From contig AP026179.1 in the NCBI GenBank assembly GCA_030295235.1, positions 186,001 to 250,000 on the forward strand: a stretch of DNA of 64,000 nucleotides, given 5' to 3'. Positions 25,735 through 38,801 of this stretch are shown piece by piece. Both the position numbers and the translations under genes were made by a program. The notes below the pieces were generated by a model. The model had not been told where the DNA came from. It was given only the letters and a program-made list of their open reading frames with translations, and ran no database searches. The DNA is from Fistulifera solaris (lineage: Eukaryota). Every line of letters starts with the position of its first letter. The stretch's first letter is position 1.

Positions 25735-26412
25735 ATTATCTAGAGCTAGTAACAAGAAAGCGTAAAGAATAGTAATAATATGGCAGAGGATTACAGGTTT
25801 CGTTTCGTTCGGTTGGGTCGGTGAAGATCGTTTCGAAAAACGTTCCTAAAAACACAGTGGCGCTTTGGATCAAACCAACACACGCTGTCGCCAACTGCAC
25901 GTTGTGTCTTGATTCTCTTGAGGAGAAATGGTTTCTGTTTTTGTAAAAAGTGAAGAGAAAATGAAGTACTTTCCGTCTTCCACCCTCGCTCGATTGGCCG
26001 CAGTCGTGTTCCAGTCACGAGTATGGTGGAGCTCGACGACACACATACAAAGTAACTATACAGTAACTGAGACACGCAGACACGTCATCGTTGGTTTCCT
26101 GACGAGGATCTTCCTCGAACCTTCTGTTCTCTCGTTATTTTTATTGTGCGGTGCCAGCGCATCCTGTTTTCGTTCCTTTTTTTTTCTTCTTTTTTCGAAG
26201 ACAAGGTGTGTGTTGACGAAAATAAAGAAGAAACGAAACAAGACAATTCCATTTCCTCGTTCGTACATCTTGTTTAGTAGCTTGTTGTAGAACGGGTGTA
26301 GTAGTAGTAGCAAAAGCCATCATCAATGAAAGAGAAAGAATGAAACACGAGAACGAATCATTGCTAACTCTGTAACGAATCCTAGAATTTCAGAGAACCC
26401 AAAACAAGAAAC

Positions 26413-27186
26413 ATGTCGTGTCATTATTTGCATCGAACGAAAACTCGTTTATCATCTCTCCGGGGTAAGAACTGGCAATTCACATCCAAACGAAATTCAT
26501 CACTTCCGGTGCATCCATTCCATCGATCATTCCATCTGTTTTCGTGGTACAGCCACCAATTGGAGAAACATCCGTTACTGACCAAATCCATCACAGCCGG
26601 TATTATTGCGGGGACTGGTGATGTGGCTTGTCAGTCCATGACGGAATCCTGCTGGAATGCGTCACGCACCAGTCGATTTGTCTTGTTGGGTAGTTTGTAT
26701 TCGGCACCTTCGCGACACTACTTTTTTCAATATTTGGCTCGTGCGTTTCCGGGCTCCTTGCCGTTCCAGGTGGCGCAACGGGTGGGAATGGAACGTGTTT
26801 TCTTTGCTCCTGCTTCACTGGCCGTGTGGTTGACTTCGCTGTGGACGTTGGAGTCCCTGATGGACGAAACAAGTGTTCCGAAAAGTCCTTTCTCCAATGT
26901 TTCGCACTATTCCGAGCAATTCACCACCACGTATCCACATTTGTTACGAACGAGTTGGTTGTGGTGGACACCGATCATGGCATTCAATTTTCGCTACATA
27001 CCCGTCCAGTATCAAGTTTTGTGGGTGAATGTGTTCAATTTGGTCTGGAATACCTATTTGTCGTATCAAACGAGTCGTCGGACTGAGAAAGTTGACCAGG
27101 ACGTGTCCAAAGATCAAAGGAACCGTATCGAAGATAGCGTGGAACAAATGGTGGAAATGCACATGATGTCCCATGCTCTTTATTAA
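26413..27186 (+). CDS. Mpv17/PMP22 family membrane protein (tandem paralogue)
   Basis: WYSHQLEKHPLLTKSITAGIIAGTGD..CQ, RTSRF, NFRYIPVQYQVLWVN..NLVWNTYLS. Confidence 0.92.
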   Translation: MSCHYLHRTKTRLSSLRGKNWQFTSKRNSSLPVHPFHRSFHLFSWYSHQLEKHPLLTKSITAGIIAGTGDVACQSMTESCWNASRTSRFVLLGSLYSAPSRHYFFQYLARAFPGSLPFQVAQRVGMERVFFAPASLAVWLTSLWTLESLMDETSVPKSPFSNVSHYSEQFTTTYPHLLRTSWLWWTPIMAFNFRYIPVQYQVLWVNVFNLVWNTYLSYQTSRRTEKVDQDVSKDQRNRIEDSVEQMVEMHMMSHALY

Positions 27187-27514
27187 TACAAGAATCTTTT
27201 GTGTAGATATCAAAAGTTATATAGAGAATGAGTGAGTAACAATATCACGAATCGATTCCTCTATGGGATGTTTGTGCAGCAAGCACCTTTCCTGTGCCAG
27301 ACACCCTGGACTTACACACTTTCCGTTTGCTCTACTAGCTATATCGATTGAGTCCATTGGTTTCAACAACCTCCAATCAAGTTGCAAATATCGTGTCTAC
27401 AAAATGTATGCCTTGATTCGTATGAATAAAAGAATATTTCAAATCCGAAAGCTATTAAAAAAACCTTTATTCGTTCCGCAAAATTCTCTTTCTCTATGTT
27501 TTTGTCTTTTATCC

Positions 27515-28286
27515 AAAACTGTGGCATTCGGTCGGGACATGGTGATCTTGTAGCGAACAGAAGAAGAAGATAGCACTTCGTAGGCACACCCAAGAAGATC
27601 CGAGACCACAACACTGCCCTTCGGGCCTGCCGAGTAGATGCCCGCTACCAAGCAGAAGTCGCGTTCATAGTACCATGATCCATGGGAGAGTTTGTATTCT
27701 CATCATCATCTTTGTCGCCATGGGGAGACGGTTTCACAGCGTTCACGCGAAGAATGAAACGATTGGAAAAAGAACCCAACAACAGCCAACGCACAACGAT
27801 GGAGTACAAGCGACCCTTGTGCGCCATCCAGCGAGTGCCCCGGTAAGAATCTGGGACACAGTCTGGGGACATTTCTTCATCGTCAATGTCTCCATCAGCA
27901 CCACTCGAACATGTTTCATAAACAGCAATACTCATCCAACGCAAAGAATTCAACGGCAAGGAAACCTCTAGCATCCCGCCAGTTCCCTCAATTTGGTAGA
28001 CCGTGCCTACGAAGAAATCCGATTCTTCGCAATTATCAAACAGAACGAACGTTGAATGACGTCCGGTAACAAGTGTGGGTCCTTCAGCTGACGGAGCAGA
28101 GAGGCAGATGTTGTTGTGACACATTGAAGTGAATTTATAGAAAAAAGGAGAATCAGGAGGAAGAAGTTCAACTAAGAGTCGTTTTGGTGGCAGTAGTTCT
28201 AGCGGTGCAGGATCAGCAACTGTCCTAGGAAGGGCACAACCGAGAGCGAGGAGAGGCACTTTAAGGTATCGCATGTTGACAATCAT
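27515..28286 (-). pseudogene. Inverted, truncated fragment (copy E) of the Cys-rich surface-protein family
   Basis: MIVNMRYLKVPLLAL...TVADP matches copy B; contains GTVYQIEGTGGMLEVSL. In-frame TAG at 27645-27647; homology continues in another frame (SDLLGCAYEV...RYKITMSRPN) and ends near 27515. Confidence 0.8.
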
Positions 28287-29259
28287 AATGAATGGATGAA
28301 TGAATGAATGAATGGTCTGCACGGCTGTCAAAACTTGCTCGTTAATGATAATTTTTTCAACAGGAGACCTTGTGAGCACAAACAAAATCATGTCGTCGTT
28401 CCATTCCTGTGCAAAACACGAATCAAGGTGGGAATAGCGGTCGTAGGTCGTAGGCGCGGGCCTCATTATTTTTTTGGTTCGGCTTCCGAGTGTTCCGATT
28501 TGTCTGGAAGAGAAGAAGAAGAAGTATCATGAATCATCATCATCTTTTTTTTTTTGGAAATCAGCTATCATGGCTTAAAAGTACCGGTACCTGGTATCGT
28601 ACATCGTACCTGGTATCCCAGTACAGAGTACAGTCTATTAATTAGCAAATATAATCAGCCAATCAAAATGCGTCATCCCGCCAAAAGCCCTTTCGATAGC
28701 GCCTGTACGCCATCCGGATGGGCGGTTTTCGAATGGCGAAAAAATCATCATCGTCATCATTTATTTTTTTTTGAAGCAACCTAGACTACAATGGTTGCCC
28801 AATCCTAAGATCTTCGCATCCTGCGAACAGAGAGGAGGGCATCATTATAATATTATTAGTAATTATACACCCGGACTTCCGAAAAGAAGACCAGGGTGTC
28901 GCGGCATCATTCTTATTATTATTTTGAAAACCGGCGGAAGATCCAAGACACGAAAACTCGTTTTTTCCGCTATTTTCGTTCCCGCGTGCGCGAAAACAAA
29001 AATGGAAGTGACGCGCACGCGCACGTTTTTGCGCGCACCTTTGGATGATTCAATCCTGTCAAAACAAAATAAGAGCGCTGGATGACATTTTGCGTCGATG
29101 TGCATTCTATATTCTTACAAAGTATTACGGAGTAATAATAATAATAGAATAAAAGATACTGAGACTCTACACAGAACGTCTATTGTATTGTAGTCTTCGA
29201 AACACACACACACACACACACACACTCTCTCTCTTGTTGGCTGGCTCGCTGCATCCAGA

Positions 29260-29274
29260 ATGAAACAACCTCTT

Positions 29275-29318
<44 letters not shown>

Positions 29319-29844
29319 AATAAACAACAACAACAACAACAATAAGAAGAAGAAAAAGACATCATGGCAACAAATCGCTCTCAACAGCATTCGATGGACG
29401 GGTTGGTTGGATCAGATGATGGTTTGTTGTACCAGTCCGTACGAAGAAGAAGAAGAAGACTATCCTGACGATGACGGCATTCGATACGAACGTCCGGCGA
29501 ACCAACCACAGCAACGAAAGAGACCCGTATTGATCTTGGCCAGCAGTGAACACACGAAATCCACTGTACCGGATTTATCCATTTCTTTTTCGTCTTCGAC
29601 CATGTACGACGATGACGATGACGATGACGATGACGAAAAAGTGATTCAAGAGGCGCTTGCGGCTGTACGAAAACAAAAATGGTGTCGCAACTCTCGTATT
29701 TATCGAAAACACAAGGTTACGAGTGTTGAAGCTTCCCAGACACCTCCAGAAAAGCTGAATTTCATTCATTCATTCATTCATTCAATCAATCAATCAATCA
29801 CTTTGCACTTTATCTATCTTCGAACTCGAAAAATTAAAATTTAA
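29260..29844 (+). CDS. Hypothetical low-complexity protein (poly-Asn, acidic tracts); 3' end uncertain
   Basis: 194-codon ORF with an ATG start; no known domain. Confidence 0.4.
29275..29343. repeat. (AAC)n microsatellite, once interrupted
   Basis: Read directly from the sequence. Confidence 0.9.
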
Positions 29845-29916
29845 AAAGCATATTCCGTTTTTTTTAATATATGTTTTCGTTTATTTTTCTTCTATTACGC
29901 TTTTTTTCCCATTCCA

Positions 29917-31166
29917 TCAAACATCTTCTACCAGACACGCCGCATGAGACCAACCCGCACTCACTTGTGTCACCTTCTTTCCATCCAAGGCTTCTACCCA
30001 AACCGCTTGATCGGCGCGTCCTACACTGCCCAATCCCAATACACCCCGTTTACTTGTCAATGTCTGTCCTTGTCCAAAACTGTACAATTTTCCGTCCTCA
30101 TCTACCGCCAAGGTATAATCTTGTCCACACGCCACATCCACAATGCGGGTATGCAACAACGAATCCATGCGGACGGGTTCTAAATAGAGCGACATGCCCC
30201 AATAAAACAATTCACCACTTTCGGTCACACACGCCGCGTGGGAATGTCCCGCAGCCATTTTCACCACACGGCGTCCCAACAATTCATCCGCTTGAATGGG
30301 TTCCGGGACACTTTGCATGGCGTACATGTCGACGGCCAATCCAAAACCGAGACCCAATTGTCCCTTGTGATTGCGTCCCCACGCGTACAGGACACCATCC
30401 TCCATCAAGGCCAAGGTAAAGCCTTTACCACCGGCAATGGCCACGATACCTTGTGTTAACAATTCGACTGGTTCCAAATACAGTTGATCGTTCGTTTCCA
30501 AATTCCCCAACCGACCATAACTACCGGCACCACACGACAAAACTTCTCCTTCGGTCGTCAAGACGGTCGTATGATATTCACTCATTTGCACTTGTTGAAC
30601 ATAACAACCATCTTCCACCAACGAATCAACGCGTTGAAATGTCGTACAGGAATCACCTTCCCCTTGTCCTAAAAATCCCGTCCCGGACGATAAAGAACTG
30701 CCCATACCAGCCGTATACAAATCACCCTCCATCGTAATTACGCCCGCCGTATGGACACCCAACGAAATGCTTTGTACCGGCGGCAACGACAATGCGGTGA
30801 ATTTGGGGACCGGTCGACTATGTCCAACACCCAATTGTCCAAATTTGTTCTCACCCGCCACCAAACATGTGCCATTGTGCAATACAATGGCCGTATCGGT
30901 TGGACCACAGACGACTTGATGAATCATCATTTCGGAAAAAGAATAATGTTAGCGCTCGTCGTAGTATCCACTTGAAGATGCTCTTCCCAATTGTCGACAC
31001 GCGTCGGAATATCGAGTACTTTTTCATCTTGTCGATCTTTGGGTTTACAAAGGGAACCATTGTGATCGGTTCCCCACATATAAAGCGACGGTGCGGGTTG
31101 GTGCGTCGTCGTCGCAACAAAACGACGCTGCGATAGACGTCGAATGAAAGCGTTGTTTCGCATCAT
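29917..31166 (-). CDS. RCC1-repeat beta-propeller protein, probably mitochondrial (RCC1L/WBSCR16-like); frameshift at the T-run near 30938
   Basis: Repeats GENKFGQLGVG, GAGSYGRLG, YAWGRNHKGQLGLG, AAGHSHAACVT, VACGQDYTLAV, VSAGWSHAAC; presequence MMRNNAFIRRLSQRRF. Confidence 0.85.
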
Positions 31167-31182
31167 TTCTTTTCTTTTGGCC

Positions 31183-31214
31183 AAGGAAGGAAGGAAGGAA
31201 GGAAGGAAGGAAGG
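31183..31214. repeat. (AAGG)8 microsatellite just upstream of the RCC1-repeat gene start
   Basis: Read directly from the sequence. Confidence 0.9.
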
Positions 31215-32459
31215 TTGAAATAGAGAATACTTTGTAAAGAAAATAACAGAAGAAGAATGAAGCAATGAAAGAGAAGCGCCGAAACAATGAAGTTCTGAAG
31301 GACAAACAACAGGGTAATAATTGTGAGGATACATCGTGAAAAATCTGTTCCATTCTCTTATTTTTACGGGTCGATGCAAGACGTTGTGAAGGGGCACGAC
31401 GACGAACTGCGGAAGACCACAACAATAAAAAGGTGCTACTTGTAGTAGTCAAAATATCATCACGGAGAATTTTAGAGAGAGAGAGAGAGGCCCGGCTCAA
31501 TGGCTTCTGGTTCATGGAACGCAAATGCGTAGGGGCGTCTCTCTCAAATAATTAGAATATATTATCGCAATGCAATCGAATGACAGCCCCCTTGCTCACC
31601 ACACCAGTGACCTGGCAATCCGGCCTAGACAGCGTCTAAGCCAGATAGCATGTCGGTTCTGCCATAGGGATAGAAAATAAGTACGATAAACTTTCCATTT
31701 TTTATTTTTATCGCAATGCAATCCACCCTAATAACCCAGTTCATGACCGAAATCCAGTCTCGAGAGGTAAACAACAAACGATGGGCGCGGCAAACAAATA
31801 ATCATCAAAATGCCCCAAAAAACGCCAATATAACGGACGGACTATCCAACAATAGCAGCAAAATTCATAACGTGAGTACCGGTACCAGTACTTCCAAATA
31901 CTCCCAGTATAGACGAAACCGAAGAAACGATCGTTATTACTATAGCCTTTCAGGTCGCCACGACTGGATTTCAGTCATTCATGAGCTCAATCGTTTTTGT
32001 TTCCCACAACAGTCCATACTAATAAAGTGTTCGTTATCCATCATTTCATTATTTTTATTTTCATTCGTCGGGTTTATACTCTGGCAATAATAAATACACC
32101 GGCTTCTGACAAAAACAATAAACGTCGAAAACGGCACTGGATCGTACAGATGAAAAAGTACTCTAGAGAGTCACAGAGTGTAGAGGGAATACAACCATGA
32201 CTAGAGATTGTGGTCATGAAAATGACGTAATTCAATGGTTGCCTAAAAAATGACACTCGGAAAAATAACCCAAACAACACGTTCATTTCATATTATTCAA
32301 TCATAGAATGGACAGTCTTTCTCTCCGAAATTTGCTAGTAAGTATCCCTTCGTCTTGAAGAGGATTTTTCTTCAAACGTTACGCTACTGCTGTACGAGAC
32401 AGACTCTTTCGACCGGCCTGTCGACCTTCGGAACAAAAAAAATAGCAATCCTACTAGCG

Positions 32460-33146
32460 ATGATGATGAGAAGATCATTCGTATCCTTCAGCGTTCTTTC
32501 GTGCCTATTGTCTCTTTTATTACTACTACGAGTATCGCCATACGCTGTCGCCGCGGTAGTATCAGAGACTCCACATCATCCGAAAGAAGAAGCAGAAGAA
32601 GAATTCATTGTCTCGGACGCGAGCACGAATGTTCGGCGTCAGCTGCGTTATACGACTTGTATGGATTTACGAGAGGCCTGTCCCCAATGGGCCGCACAAG
32701 GCGAATGTTACACGAATCCTGCCTATATGGGACCCCATTGTCCCGTCTCGTGTCACACATGTCCCATCGTACAACCCCGAACGACCACCACGCCCTTCTC
32801 TAAAGTGATTCCCCGCACTCTTCGAGCGAGTGGATGGGAATTTCCCGATGCCGTTGGACGAGATTGGGGGGTCCCCCAAATCATTTACAATCGAGAATAC
32901 CGGGATGCCATGATAACACGCATCGAACAAGTGCGACACAGTGCAATACTGTTGGAGAATGTCCACACTTGTCGCAATTACAATGTCAATTGCACCTTAT
33001 GGGCGGTACAAGGGGAGTGTGAAGCCAATCCGGATTATATGAAACAATATTGTGCACCCGTTTGCTGGGCGTGTGAACGAATCCGTAACGAAAACGAAGA
33101 AAAAGAAGTAACGGGGTTGTTGATGGAAACAAAACCGAATTCGTGA
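32460..33146 (+). CDS. Secreted protein with two ShKT domains
   Basis: Signal peptide; CMDLREACPQWAAQGECYTNPAYMGPHCPVSCHTC and CRNYNVNCTLWAVQGECEANPDYMKQYCAPVCWAC (six-Cys ShKT pattern). Confidence 0.9.
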   Translation: MMMRRSFVSFSVLSCLLSLLLLLRVSPYAVAAVVSETPHHPKEEAEEEFIVSDASTNVRRQLRYTTCMDLREACPQWAAQGECYTNPAYMGPHCPVSCHTCPIVQPRTTTTPFSKVIPRTLRASGWEFPDAVGRDWGVPQIIYNREYRDAMITRIEQVRHSAILLENVHTCRNYNVNCTLWAVQGECEANPDYMKQYCAPVCWACERIRNENEEKEVTGLLMETKPNS

Positions 33147-33206
33147 AAAAATGTAGAATGTAGAATATATAAGACGAGAAAAATTTGCGTTTTCATTACA
33201 TGCATT

Positions 33207-34256
33207 TCATTCGTCTCGCCTTCGTTTCTTCTTACTCTCACCTTTATTGTTTTTGGTAGAATTTCCCCACACGCGGACTTTTTTCAATTTTTTATGAATG
33301 GCCTTCAAGGTCGACAAGTCGTCTTCGGGTTGTTGTTCCAATTCCGACAACATTTCACACAAGTGTTGCAGTACCGGCTCCAGCACCGCGACATTTTGTT
33401 CCGGAAAGCGCACTTTCAAATAGCCCAGCAAATCCATTTGCAGATCGTTTTGTTGTTGCTGCGCCAACATGAGGGCCGCCATCCCGACTTGTCCTGGTGC
33501 ATACAGCAGCGGAATATCCGAAAGGACCACGTGATCCACCAAAGTACGAGCCCGTTCGTAAATGGGAATCAAATCTTGTCCCGAAATCATGCTACTATTA
33601 CTCGAGTTGTTCCGCACAAACAAGGCTTGTCCGACTTTGGTTTTCAAAAAGGTCCGCAAATCTTCCGTCAAGGCCACGACGGCTTTATAGGGATGAAAAC
33701 ACCGTAAATCAAAATGCAATCCTTGCAGTAACGCCACTTCGGTCGTAATAATGTCACTTGTTGGCACAGGAGCATTCATGGCTTCGGTCCCTTCTTCCAA
33801 TTGTCGAATATCAACCGTCGCATCTTCGACTTTACTGGCCAAGAAGGCGGCAGCAACCATGACGACTTTCGGGTCGTACAACATGACGGAATTTGATAAA
33901 AAGAATCGTCGCAAAAAAAGGGCAGCCGTGGCGGTAATTTTGGATTCGCGACGGATCCGTAACGCGTGCGGTCCTATTAAATTGGGCAATTTGTGTGCAT
34001 AAAAATTTACCAAGGTCGTTTCTTCGTCGGCGGTCAAAAAGTACTCGTGTTCAGTGGGAAGATTATTGTCGTCTACAGAATGATTCTTCCATTCGGCCGA
34101 ACAGTAGGAGGGTGTAGGAGTAATGTTACTCGTCTCACTTTGCGCTGTGATGAATTCACGGGCTTTGCGATTGGCGTGCATTCGACAGAGTTGCAGTTCG
34201 TGAGGGGAGGAAAACATCCATTTGTGCAGTTGACTGCTGTTTTCGTAGTCAACCAT
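33207..34256 (-). CDS. CYCH: Cyclin H (CAK/TFIIH subunit)
   Basis: YENSSQLHKWMF; TAALFLRRFFLSNSVMLYDPK; AAFLASKVED; EVALLQGLHFDLRCFHPYK; SDIPLLYAPGQVGMAAL. Confidence 0.92.
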   Translation of the reverse strand: MVDYENSSQLHKWMFSSPHELQLCRMHANRKAREFITAQSETSNITPTPSYCSAEWKNHSVDDNNLPTEHEYFLTADEETTLVNFYAHKLPNLIGPHALRIRRESKITATAALFLRRFFLSNSVMLYDPKVVMVAAAFLASKVEDATVDIRQLEEGTEAMNAPVPTSDIITTEVALLQGLHFDLRCFHPYKAVVALTEDLRTFLKTKVGQALFVRNNSSNSSMISGQDLIPIYERARTLVDHVVLSDIPLLYAPGQVGMAALMLAQQQQNDLQMDLLGYLKVRFPEQNVAVLEPVLQHLCEMLSELEQQPEDDLSTLKAIHKKLKKVRVWGNSTKNNKGESKKKRRRDE

Positions 34257-35069
34257 TGTGTGTGTGAGAGAGAGAGAAAACACTTTTGGAAAGAGAAAAG
34301 GAAGAATAAAAAAAATTGTATTAGGATGAAAATGAATTAACATCATGCATTCACTTCGTCGACGCTTCTTGCTACGCGACAAGGTGGAGAAAAGGAAATA
34401 TAACGCTCTAGAGGATAACGGCATAACGCCTATATTTTTTTACGGAGTATGAAAAATAAGAATGGGCTTGCTGCGACATGAGTATAGTTTGTACATAGAC
34501 AGTTGTTAGCTCTAGAGAAATCTCTACTCTTTGTTGGCTGAAAATGAAGAATGACGACAGAGGACCCTGTGGGAACTACGAAAGGGGGATTCGGAATTCG
34601 GCACAACAAGATCGGCACAACAAGAGCTGACAAATGACAGTTGTAATTGGCCAAACGAAGCAAACTATTTATGGCAAAGAGTAAAAGCTGAAGATGGAGA
34701 TACAGCAAGCTCTCTTAAGTAAAATCGCAGCAACGCCCGGAGGTCGCTAGTGTGAGTCGTGTTACAGTACTGGAAGGCCTATACGGAAGTAACATTCGGA
34801 AGTGAAAACTCGAGATCCATAAAGTATTGGTCGGATTTAGGGGCGTAAGCGAAGGAAGCAAATAGTGCACGTCTCCTCGGTAAGATGAAACAAAATTGGC
34901 TGGTTTTTCGGGTGGTCATTTTTTGGTGCCCACATCGCATTCCGACCGAAAAAGGTAGGCACAGAATTGCAGTACATTGCCTCTTTGATGCGCTTGTCGG
35001 CATTCTACTCACTCTGTTGACTTGATTTGTCTTCTCAGTATCTTCTTATTTTCCTTGCTAACCGAAGTG

Positions 35070-38000
35070 ATGTTCATTCACGTCAAAGCTCTCGTTTTCC
35101 TCTTCTGTGGCCTTCTTCCTCTCAGTGCCTTGGAAGGGCTCCCGCCGTCGCCTCCGCTTACGGAAGTCGGTTCGTTGTGCGGAGACACCATTGCATTGTC
35201 CATTCCGATGGATGGTAACCCCAAGATTGTTGCCGGAGCTCATTCGAAGCTCTTTTCCTTCTTCGACTGCGACTACGTGGAAGCAGGGCCTGTCCCGGCC
35301 ACGATTTATCAGATTGAAGGAACGGGTACCATGCTAGAAGCAGCGTTGCTTGCGCATCCGCAGGGTTCTTTGAGCGAAATTGGCGTATTCAAAGGTTGTC
35401 CCAGCGAACCAGGCAGCAATACTGGCATGGACCTCTACCCCAATTGTGTTGTGGGCCAGTATTATCAGGGTGCTCGCTGGATGGCCAAAGCAGGGCAGTT
35501 GTACACCATTGTTGTGTATTCACTTATGGATCCTTCTTCCAGTGATTTCATTCTTCGTGTGGAAACCGCTGAGGCAGATTCGATTTGCGGCACGGAAGGC
35601 GAGAATGCAGGTTCTCTTGTTGATCTCGGAAAGTTGAACACTACTACTGGTTCACTGCAGCAGTTGGGGCGGACCCGAGGACAGCATGTTGGTTACGGAT
35701 CTTCCTTTCTGTGACTACAAACCGCAATCATCTTCTGCTTTGTACAAGTTCACCGTGCCTCAACCGAATGTTTCCGTTGTGGTTCAAGTGGAAGGCGGGG
35801 ACGGCGTTGGCGATGCCTATGTGACGGTGTATCAAGGCAATTGCGAGAGCGGCTACTCTTGTCTGAAACCCGGGAATGATACAGCTCTTGGTAGGCCTCT
35901 GGATAATACGGTTCGGGCATTATACAACGTCCATTCATTCCACAACGAAGGCGGGGACTACTTATATTGCTGCTGTTAATTCCTGTTGCAACGCTGACAT
36001 TACAGACTTTCGATTGACGGTGAATATCTCCAGTTACGGAAATATTTGCGAAGACTCTGCAGTGGTTGATTTGTCTTCCGGCGCGTATTCAACAGTGGTC
36101 AACCTTTCTGGCAAGAAAGTATACAGTGATCTTTACTCATGCCAAGTTACCAGTGAGGACTCTTACGATGAAATTACGCCACCGATTTCCTCCAAGTCCA
36201 CTATTTTGATCAGTGGTCCAACGGCATTCTACAAGATCGAAGGTGACGGAAATACCTATGTTGCCTACGGAGCTCCTGCAGATCAAGGCCAAGACTACGG
36301 TCAAATTAGGATGTCAGTTTTTAGTGCATCTTCTTGCGAGGGACGCCCCAGTGTCTGAAGCAAGACAAAAACTTCATTTCCATTGATACCATGATCGGCG
36401 AAACATATTATTTGGCCATCTACAATGAGTACGCTGACACCAAAGGCTCATACGACTTAAAGATAGCTTCAGTCTCTGTCAGGTCGCTCTGCAAAGATGC
36501 TACTGACCTAGGAACAGTCAATAGCGCAGAGTTAACGGTCAGGGGTACTTCGGCAAAAGTTGGTTTTTACACAACATTGGACATCTGCAACGTGTATGGT
36601 GAAAATGTTCATTCTCGTGTCTTTTCGTTTGTGGCAGAAAGAGACGGTCCTATCATGGCTTCTGTCAAGGCTGATCCGACGGTGGACTTTTATCCTCAAG
36701 TCACGGTCGTACCAAATTGTTCGGGTGAAAGCTGCATTGATGTGGCTTTTTCAGAGGGCGACATGATGTCTCCTCGTGCCATCTGGACTGCTGAATCTGG
36801 CGTGACCTATTACGTTATAGTGTACACCTTCGACATATACAATACGGGACAGTTTGACCTAATGTTGGAGCCTTTGACGACGACGCCAATCTCGCGACAA
36901 TGAAAATGTGGTCATCTTGGGCGCCATTCCCAACAAAGGCGCTTTGTTTGAAGGGAACACGTTATCGCAGCCACTGTTTTCAGTCGCATCATCCTGTCAT
37001 GAAGACGGTGCTTACTTTTCTGAGTTGACTCGTGGGGCGACTTTCTCTCTTTCGGGTGACGGGAATGCTTACGTGATAAGCTTCACTGCCAATGACTTTA
37101 GTCCAATGATGACGGTCTTCAATGGCGGTTGTGAAAGTTTCGAATGTATCCCAACAGCTTCTGCAGGCACTTTTTTGTTGGACACCAAAGTGGGGCGAGA
37201 CCTATACGATTTTAGTTGGTGATTGTTGCAGTGCCGGTGGAAGTGGAGGGACTTTCAACTTACATGTAAACAAGGTCGCTAAAGGCAATATTACCGCCGA
37301 TTTTGTCGAGAAACTGGAGTCCATTGGGAACAAGACAAAGAAGGTGCTGGGATCAACGAAAGAGGGGCTTTTCTTTCCGTCTTTACCTGCTTGCTACTTT
37401 CCGGTCGATTCACCGGCTGTTGTTTACGAGTTGAACACCAGCGACGGTTACTTCTCCGCACAAGTTTCTGGTTTTGGCTTTAGCGCTTACCTAGCGCTCT
37501 ACAAAGCAGATGGTTCAGGTGGTTTTGAATGTTATGGAACACAAGGTCCGCAAGAAGTCTCATGGGAGGGAGAAGAAGCAAAGAGTCTTTATCTTGTCGT
37601 TTTCGGCAGCGCGAATGAAGTCGGTGACTTCTCTCTGCGTTTGAACAAGCACCCCATCTCAGGTGAACCTTGTGACGATGTGTGCGATCTTGGCAACGTC
37701 CACGGAAAATGGGTTGGTGCACGTCGAGACTTTGGATGGTTGGTCGTTCCCCCCTGAGAATCAGACAGTGTGTGAATACGAAGGCCATCGTACTGTTCCG
37801 GGTGGACGGTCCAAGATATACTCAGTCGTTGGTAACGGAATGACGTTGGTGGCTTCCACATTCATTTCGCGAGATGACGAGAAATCAAGGAATCTCGGTG
37901 AGCGTGACCGTTGTCAAAGGCGTCTGTGGTGCTGTCGAATGCATTGAAGGCGCCTATTCGAATTCAAGCTCTTTTGGTCACTCACGTGGCCGTCTGTTGC

Positions 38001-38301
38001 CGGAGAGACGTATGATATTGTGGTCTCCATGTGCTGCTCCTTCCGACGATGCTCCCTTTATGGAAGATGACTTTGTGTTGATGGTGTACGAAGATGGCAC
38101 AAAGTTGTTTAGTTATCCGATCGAGCCATCGGACGATCCCCCCGCAGATGTGAGTGCCAGTGATGGAACAGACAGCTTGGAAAATAGCGCGGCGAACGAA
38201 ATTGATAGTGCTCTCGACGCTGACTCGTCCGAGCCGCCAGGGCGGTGAATGATATGTCTTTCTGGGCCATGATGGCATTCCTTTGCTACTTTGCCTTTTA
38301 A
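35070..38301 (+). pseudogene. Cys-rich multi-repeat surface protein, copy A; full length but with about 8-9 frameshifts (pseudogene or poorly polished gene)
   Basis: ORF fragments 35022, 35686, 35876, 36334, 36908, 37122, 37663 and 37874 are collinear with copy D; hydrophobic tail ...MSFWAMMAFLCYFAF* ends at 38301. Confidence 0.7.
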
Positions 38302-38801
38302 TTTGTTAGTCGCGATGGCGTGTATCATTCAACTATGGAACCCAAATACTCTAGCAAAAATTATTTGTCTATCTATCTAATTGGATGATTCAATTTGCAA
38401 CTTGTTTTTCGTTTCGAATCATGCGAGATTATTGATTTCGCTGCGACAGTCCGAAATTGGCTTGCGCATCGTCGCGGCACCTGCACCAAAGCCCGCACCA
38501 CGATGACATAAAACGAGGTACTTGTACCGGTACCCTTTATGTACCTGGTACCATACCAGGTACGGTACCGGCTCTTCAGAAGCCGAACAAAAAAAGTCAG
38601 CCGGATACACCGCTTCCTTTTCTCAGCAGGTATTGTTCTCACAAAGTCTCTCTTGTTCAACCACATGTTATTGATTCAAACAAAAAGTACGCCAAAATCA
38701 TGTTACTGTTTATGGACGCACAATCTTGCCACAATCTATCTCACTGAGCACATTTTGGCAGCCAAGCCAGACCATTTATTCATTCATTTCTTTGATTCAT
38801 T

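Noticed and set aside
30927..30940. Euplotes-style programmed frameshift at AAA-TGA in the RCC1-repeat gene
   Set aside because: The required shift is -1, the other frameshifts share no such motif, and an adjacent T-run explains it as an indel error.
38515..38575. GTACC-rich repeats as a CRISPR-like array
   Set aside because: Eukaryotic context, no regular repeat-spacer periodicity and no cas genes; treated as a promoter motif cluster instead.
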